64,000 nucleotides of DNA from Heterostelium pallidum (lineage: Eukaryota): positions 1,797,471-1,861,470 of the forward strand of contig NW_008805068.1 of assembly GCF_000004825.1 (NCBI RefSeq), in the 5' to 3' direction. Under the pieces are notes generated by a model. It ran no database searches. It was not told where the DNA came from and saw nothing but the letters and a program-made list of their open reading frames with translations. Shown here piece after piece: positions 60,210 through 64,000 of this stretch; the first letter of the stretch is position 1, and each line of letters opens with the position of its first letter. The position numbers and the translations under genes were made by a program.

Positions 60210-61757
60210 ATGGATCAACTAAAACTATTACCAGATGTTATTGTTTTTGAAATATTAGATCGAATTAAAGAGAATGTAGATAAAATATCGTTTGTGTTGA
60301 CCGCCAAAAGGTATTGGATGTTACGTCGGTTTCTAAGATTTACAGTTCCCAGTGTTTTGGAAGATGACGAGCAAATGTTGATTCATCAGATTTTCAATGT
60401 AAAGTCACATCTCCGATCATTCGAAGATCAGAGACAGCGTGCTTCGTCATATATCCATTATGTTACTGGAAGGGATCTAAACAAAAAAGAAACAACCAAT
60501 CCAACCTTTGGCACAAACTACACACATGTTATACTTCATAATGCCAGAAAGGAACAGATCTACTGCAATTCACTACCAGAGTGTTGTGTTCATCTCAATG
60601 TCGGTCATCATTATAATATACCTTTTGACCAAGGTATCTTCAAAAACAATCGGCGAATACAATCAATTACGTTTGGCTACTATTTCAATAGACCTTTGCA
60701 TGTACTCAACCTACCGGTGAATCTAACATATCTTCAACTTGGTGCGTCATTCAATCAGAGAATAGCACCAAACACTCTACCTACCACCCTAAAAACACTG
60801 ATATTCAAAGATTATCACTCGAAATTAGATTTTCCATTTGAGATTGGTAGTCTTCCTGCGTCGTTGACAACTCTTAAGTTGGCAAGCTACTCACATCCGA
60901 TCGAAGTTGGCATTCTACCTTTTGGATTGAAGAATTTGGTATTCAGCGATAACTTTAATCATCCATTGACAGGTTCCATTCTTCCTCCTGGCCTGACAAC
61001 CCTGAAACTAGGTTATAGTTTTCAGTGTCAAGTAGATCTGCCTCAGTCACTTACACGTCTGTCATTGGAGCAATCATTCGGTAGTATTCCTACAATTCCA
61101 TCGACCCTAAGGAAACTAAGTGTATCTGGTGATATCAATACATCTCTCACAAACTATTGTCATCTCATCGATACTCTTACTATCTATATGGAGCAATTCG
61201 ACCACCAAAAACTAAGTTGTTTCAAAAGACTATCAAAGCTATACCTGTATAATGTAGAACTATTGGATAGCAGCTTGGATTTCATCGTTCCACCAACAGT
61301 GAAAGTTCTGAGTATAGAGGATGGAATAGTTGGCTACAGAATTATCTTACCACCGTCATTAGAGAAACTTACAATCAATGACCCATCGGTTCTGAAATAC
61401 CAATCGCTACCGTCCACCGTTTACTGTTTCAAATATTATGGAAAGGGAATTTTCGATTTCAGTAAACTTCCAACGACTGTTCAACACCTATCGTTTAGCT
61501 GTGAACATTGGCAGCATATTAGGTTTACACCAAATATCAAGAGAATCTCCAGTCGCATTGCACTGATCCGTTCAAGCATGAAGTTTCAAGTAAGAGTGCT
61601 CAGTGAGGATACAGTGCTTCTAGTATCGCCAACCGTCAACGGTGGGATTGTTCAATTAGATACATTAGGAGGAACAACGTTGAAATTCAGCCAGTTATTT
61701 AGATTTTATTTTAAATCACTTCAAGCTCAATTTTCACTTGAACCAAGGAAATCTTGA
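60210..61757 (+). CDS. F-box-like / FNIP-repeat protein of 515 aa.
   Basis: The N-terminus LLPDVIVFEILDRI is F-box-like. Tandem ~22-aa units follow (LPVNLTYLQLGASFNQRI / LPTTLKTLIFKDYHSKLD / LPASLTTLKLASYSHPIEVGILPFGLKNLVFSDNFNHPL / LPPGLTTLKLGYSFQCQVDLPQSLTRLSLEQSF), matching the dictyostelid FNIP repeat pattern. Confidence 0.72.
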   Translation: MDQLKLLPDVIVFEILDRIKENVDKISFVLTAKRYWMLRRFLRFTVPSVLEDDEQMLIHQIFNVKSHLRSFEDQRQRASSYIHYVTGRDLNKKETTNPTFGTNYTHVILHNARKEQIYCNSLPECCVHLNVGHHYNIPFDQGIFKNNRRIQSITFGYYFNRPLHVLNLPVNLTYLQLGASFNQRIAPNTLPTTLKTLIFKDYHSKLDFPFEIGSLPASLTTLKLASYSHPIEVGILPFGLKNLVFSDNFNHPLTGSILPPGLTTLKLGYSFQCQVDLPQSLTRLSLEQSFGSIPTIPSTLRKLSVSGDINTSLTNYCHLIDTLTIYMEQFDHQKLSCFKRLSKLYLYNVELLDSSLDFIVPPTVKVLSIEDGIVGYRIILPPSLEKLTINDPSVLKYQSLPSTVYCFKYYGKGIFDFSKLPTTVQHLSFSCEHWQHIRFTPNIKRISSRIALIRSSMKFQVRVLSEDTVLLVSPTVNGGIVQLDTLGGTTLKFSQLFRFYFKSLQAQFSLEPRKS

Positions 61758-62200
61758 TAGTTGCAGGTTGCAAATTTAATAAAAGTCTTTTAGAAACTTA
61801 AGATTTATAATAAAATATAACTTTGATATTTTAATTTTATAATAATTATCAAAAAATGTAAGATCAACTTTAAGATGGTCTGATTTTAATTAATTTTTTT
61901 ACAAAAATACTAAACCTTGAAAAATCAACCTTGAAAAATCTGCAAGGTCATGGTCGAAACCACCTTTGCAAGGTTGGAAAAAAGAGATATTTTTAATGAA
62001 AAGTCAGACGAGTTAGTCCAATTACAATATATTTTGATTTAATTCAACCTAATTAGAAATTTCTTTAAAAAATTCTGGGTAAAATCAATATTTTATATTT
62101 ATCACACTTGAAATCTAAAGATTTTTTGAAAAAATTTAACTTTATTAATACAAATATTTAATTTATTACAGATATTATTATATTATATATACATACAAAA

Positions 62201-63664
62201 ATGAATAAATCTATTTTCATTTTATTTTTTATTGGAATGTTATCTGCCTCCACTATTTATGTGGCTGCACAATCAACCACTATCTATATTGATGCGAAAT
62301 CAACCAATGACTCTTTGAGTTGTGGTACCGATATTACAACACCATGCAACAGTTTGAAATCTGGTATTGCTGCCTACAACAATTTGAAAGTAAATACTCC
62401 ATTGGTATTGTCTATGAACCAAGGAAACTACGGCAGTCCAAACAATACAGACCTCAATCTCTATGGAATGAATGTTGCATTCCAACAAACTACTGGTGCC
62501 ATCCAAACCACATTTATCGATTTGTCACAAAACAGTCAATTCATTACTGTTGTCGATCCAGTTGGTGGAGCCGCTCCAACCGTTTCCACCACTACTTCTA
62601 TCGCTATGAACGGTATCTATGTAGCCAATGGTAATGCTACCAACGGTGGTTTCATTCAGATCTCTACCAACACCAATGTCTCACTTTCAATCGTCAATTG
62701 TGAAATCAAATCGCACACTGCTAGCCAGAATGGAGGTGCTATCTATGTCCAATCAGAAGCCAACTACAACAACGTTCAAATCAATATCCAACAATCGCAA
62801 ATCGGTGCAAACAAAGCTGCTATTGGTGCTTTCATCTTCACTAGTAACAACACTCAATTGTACATCAACGGTACTTCCATCTTTTTGAACAACGCCACTT
62901 CCTCGAGTGTCATTGCTCTCACCGGAGGTAATTTCACATTCAACCAAATTACATACAATGGAAACAACATCTTGGCCGGTTCACACTTTGTATTCAACCA
63001 AGTCCAAGCAGCATCCTCCGTCTCCCAATCGACTTTCAACGAAAACCAGATGGCCACTCCAAACAAAGGACCAATCAGCTCATTGCTCTCTGCTTCGTTC
63101 TCCGTTGTAACTTTCAACAACAATGTATTCACTAACACCTTGAACTTGGATGTAATCTACGCCAACCTTTCACTTGTCAATATCAACTACTGCAACTTCA
63201 CACTCGGTATTAGTTCTGAATCGATCGTCCACCAAGACACCAGTGCTCTCAGTATCCAGAACTGTCTATTCAGCAACAATACCGTTTCACAATCGGTTGT
63301 CTATGGTTACCATTCGAATCAATTGGAAGTTAGCAACTGTACATTCGCCAACAACACCTTTTCGAGCTCAAACGGCTCCTATGAAATCGTTGTAAACCAA
63401 GTTCAAACCGTAACAATTAAAAACAATAATTTCGAGAGATCCACAAGTGAGTCCTCTGCTTCGATCGGTTGCACAAGTAGTGCCATCACCGTGATGAACA
63501 ACACCAACGCATTGGTAGATTGCAGCCAATCGAGCTGTGACATCAGTGGTGACCAAAGTAAATGCCACGAAGACAGCGACAGCTCCAATAATTCCAATAA
63601 TTTATTCAATTCCAAATCAATCTCTTTAATATTCTCACTTTTTATTTTAGCTATTCTTTATTAA
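62201..63664 (+). CDS. Secreted, probably GPI-anchored, beta-helix repeat protein of 487 aa with Pmp-like GGAI repeats.
   Basis: The signal peptide is MNKSIFILFFIGMLSASTIYVAAQ. The sequence carries many N-x-S/T sites and repeat motifs ...NGGFIQIS..., ...QNGGAIYVQS... and ...FSNNT..FANNTF. It ends in a Ser-rich omega region and a hydrophobic tail, ...SISLIFSLFILAILY*. Confidence 0.68.
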   Translation: MNKSIFILFFIGMLSASTIYVAAQSTTIYIDAKSTNDSLSCGTDITTPCNSLKSGIAAYNNLKVNTPLVLSMNQGNYGSPNNTDLNLYGMNVAFQQTTGAIQTTFIDLSQNSQFITVVDPVGGAAPTVSTTTSIAMNGIYVANGNATNGGFIQISTNTNVSLSIVNCEIKSHTASQNGGAIYVQSEANYNNVQINIQQSQIGANKAAIGAFIFTSNNTQLYINGTSIFLNNATSSSVIALTGGNFTFNQITYNGNNILAGSHFVFNQVQAASSVSQSTFNENQMATPNKGPISSLLSASFSVVTFNNNVFTNTLNLDVIYANLSLVNINYCNFTLGISSESIVHQDTSALSIQNCLFSNNTVSQSVVYGYHSNQLEVSNCTFANNTFSSSNGSYEIVVNQVQTVTIKNNNFERSTSESSASIGCTSSAITVMNNTNALVDCSQSSCDISGDQSKCHEDSDSSNNSNNLFNSKSISLIFSLFILAILY

Positions 63665-64000
63665 GATTGATTAAATAAATATATAAATAAATAATTTCTT
63701 TATTTTGACATTGCGAAGATTACTCTTACTTACTAAATTGATCTATTTTTTTCATTTCTTTTTTTTTATGATTGCTTTACTTCAAATGCCATTCTAAGTA
63801 AGCGGAATATCTTTTAAAAGTCTAACAAAAAGTTGAAAGTAGCGTGGTTGTCGTCGTCTTATTATAATTCTAGGGTAATTACAACATAAAAATACAATAC
63901 TATATCATACAAACATTGAAAAGCAATATAGATAAACAAATAAATAAACAAATAAGCTTTGCTTTTTGTTTGTTATATATTAAATTAAATATGCTATTAT

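Noticed and set aside
61925-61965. tRNA-like T-arm box GGTCGAAACC.
   Set aside because: There is no acceptor stem, D-arm or anticodon arm with proper spacing. The flanks are direct repeats and not a cloverleaf.
1-64000. Prokaryotic-style interpretation (operons, CRISPR, IS elements).
   Set aside because: The window has spliced genes with GT-AG introns, eukaryote-specific families (BEACH, SNARE, AMSH, cbEGF) and extreme AT-rich intergenic DNA. There are no repeat-spacer arrays or IS-like inverted repeats.

Overview
This is a gene-dense, very AT-rich eukaryotic window. Coding regions are GC-richer islands separated by A/T homopolymers and CAA/AAT codon repeats, and introns are short (about 65-100 bp) with GTAAGT/GTATGT donors and T-rich ..AG acceptors. 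All of this is typical of a dictyostelid (Dictyostelium-like) genome, not a prokaryote.

I reconstructed about 24 protein-coding genes by joining the supplied ORF segments across introns and checking reading phase at each junction:
- a 3604-aa BEACH/WD40 protein (LvsA-like);
- seryl-tRNA synthetase;
- a Qc-SNARE of the syntaxin-6 type;
- a 1371-aa secreted type-I membrane glycoprotein whose 7 introns are all phase 1;
- a tandem pair of ankyrin-like paralogs, one of them decaying, plus a distant 3' fragment;
- a G8/beta-helix extracellular protein;
- an M28 peptidase;
- a MaoC-like dehydratase;
- an AMSH (JAMM) deubiquitinase;
- a GATA-like zinc-finger protein with AT-hook and SANT domain;
- a RecQ helicase;
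- a calcium-binding EGF-repeat protein;
- a GST;
- an F-box/FNIP-repeat protein;
- a PAQR receptor;
- several smaller membrane or secreted proteins.

The most unusual gene lies at 39468..41998 on the minus strand. It encodes a circularly permuted Ras-like GTPase domain, with motif order G3-G4-G5-G1-G2, fused to a zinc ribbon and a von Willebrand A domain (a cpRAS-VWA protein).

There are no rRNA or tRNA genes, CRISPR arrays or intact transposons that I can support. Coordinates were hand-derived from codon counting against the ORF track, so exon edges may be off by a few nucleotides.
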